Shown here: positions 59,182-62,727 of the stretch, one piece after another | Numbering within the stretch: the stretch's first letter is position 1 | Layout: every line of letters begins with the position of its first letter | Origin: Gemmatimonadota bacterium | GTDB lineage: Bacteria > Gemmatimonadota > Gemmatimonadetes > Gemmatimonadales > Gemmatimonadaceae | DNA length: 62,727 nt | Direction: 5' to 3' | Assembly: GCA_031372565.1 (NCBI GenBank) | Contig: JANMLN010000127.1 | Coordinates: 1 to 62,727 of the forward strand | Program-made: the position numbers and the translations under genes | The notes under the pieces: model-generated | What the model was told of the DNA's origin: nothing | Databases searched by the model: none | Seen by the model: the letters and a program-made list of their open reading frames with translations, nothing else

Positions 59182-59973
59182 CTACCGGCGCCACGTCCAC
59201 GCGTCGTCGTGATACAGACGAAGCAGAGGGGGGTCCGGTTGCGCTTCTGGTGCATCGGCATCGAGCGGCCCCGGGGCGACCCCGCTCGCCGCGGTCAGCG
59301 CCGAGCGCCACCCAGCCGCGAACGCTTCGAGCGTGGGGACGTGGCCCAAGGCAGCCCGCAGTGTGGCCGGGGGCGGAACAGCGCCGTCGCTGTCCGACGT
59401 GAGCGTGGCCAGCCTCGACTGATCGTCGTCGACCAGCACCGACCCGTGCTGCAGCAGGGCGCTGCCCTCGGCCCACTGTGCGCTCCCGGCCAGCTTGGCG
59501 CCGTTCCACACCACCTCGCCAAGGCCCGGTTCAGCGAAGCAGGGGGTCGCGCCCGGTGGACGGCTCGGACTGCGCGCCGGGGCGCGCTCGGCGGCCACAC
59601 CAAGCGCGCGCAGGGCGTTGAGCAGCAGGGCGGTCACGGCATCGTACGCCGCGCGGGGATGACCAGCCGTGGCCGGCAGCATCACCGCGTAGGTGAGTTC
59701 GCGGTCGTGGAGGATGGAGCGGCCGCCAGTAGGGCGGCGGACGACGCCGAGCCCCCGCGCGGCCAGTTGAACCGGGTCATACGCCCCCCGCGCCCGCTGA
59801 TTGCGTCCGAACGAGACCGTCGCCGGTGACCATCCGTACAGGCGCACGATCCCCTCGCCCGTCGCGGCCGCGACGCGGGCCAACGAGTGGTCGAGCGCCA
59901 TGTTGGTCGGGCCGTCTGCGGTCGGCGACTGCAGCAGGCGCCACCGGCGGACGGAAAGCACGGAAGTCGTCAC
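59182..59973 (-). CDS. Lipoate-protein ligase A / LipM-family protein
   Basis: NMALD, RLYGW, RRPTGGRSILH, CF, KLAGSAQ, LQHGS; start uncertain. Confidence 0.85.
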   Translation of the reverse strand: MTTSVLSVRRWRLLQSPTADGPTNMALDHSLARVAAATGEGIVRLYGWSPATVSFGRNQRARGAYDPVQLAARGLGVVRRPTGGRSILHDRELTYAVMLPATAGHPRAAYDAVTALLLNALRALGVAAERAPARSPSRPPGATPCFAEPGLGEVVWNGAKLAGSAQWAEGSALLQHGSVLVDDDQSRLATLTSDSDGAVPPPATLRAALGHVPTLEAFAAGWRSALTAASGVAPGPLDADAPEAQPDPPLLRLYHDDAWTWRR

Positions 59974-60151
59974 CACGGAGAAAACAAGCGGGGAACACCC
60001 GCGGCGGCCAGCGCATTCCGCTGCAGACCGAATCCGACCCGCTCGCTTAAGTTGAGGGCTTCGACCTGCGCGCGCCCGGATGGGCGGTGCGCGTCGTGGG
60101 CCGAAGTGACCAGCATGCCTTCGCGCGCACAGGCGCGCCGTTTGGAGCCTC

Positions 60152-62727
<2,576 letters not shown>

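Noticed and set aside
59990..60151. Glycine riboswitch before gcvP
   Set aside because: Only CCGAAG is present; the GGAGA and CTCTCAGG elements are missing

Overview
High-GC bacterial chromosome segment; gene content and style resemble Gemmatimonadota (inference, not checked). In order: an F1 ATP synthase block (atpAGDC, with an in-frame TAG in atpA), two SusC/SusD-type TonB-dependent modules each followed by a paralogous uncharacterised lipoprotein, two DUF4397-like lipoproteins, waaA, a DsbA-like protein, a TPM-nucleotidyltransferase-LemA trio, a dnaE-accA-ricT-metG run, an ABC-2 transporter, a UvrD/PcrA helicase, the lipA-pdhABC-lpdA-lipB cluster, a glycine oxidase-like gene, a GT2, an M28 peptidase, a hypothetical/PspA-like/Omp85-like trio, an Opp/Dpp ABC operon with a POT transporter, a lipoate ligase-family gene and a 3'-truncated gcvP. 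No rRNA, tRNA, CRISPR or transposase was seen. Most notable: (1) a ~32-bp REP-like repeat with a GNA-triloop DNA hairpin, present in 9 full copies in 36.7-47 kb, three of them translated in frame in the linkers of pyruvate dehydrogenase E2; (2) a promoter / leaderless ORF / 1:2-2:3-3:4 attenuator-like leader before the second susC; (3) a repeated SusC-SusD-'X' module; (4) a 32-codon mini-ORF coupled at both ends inside the opp operon; (5) an 18-bp perfect palindrome over the dnaE start. Some local sequence looks error-prone, so single-base anomalies need read-level checks.
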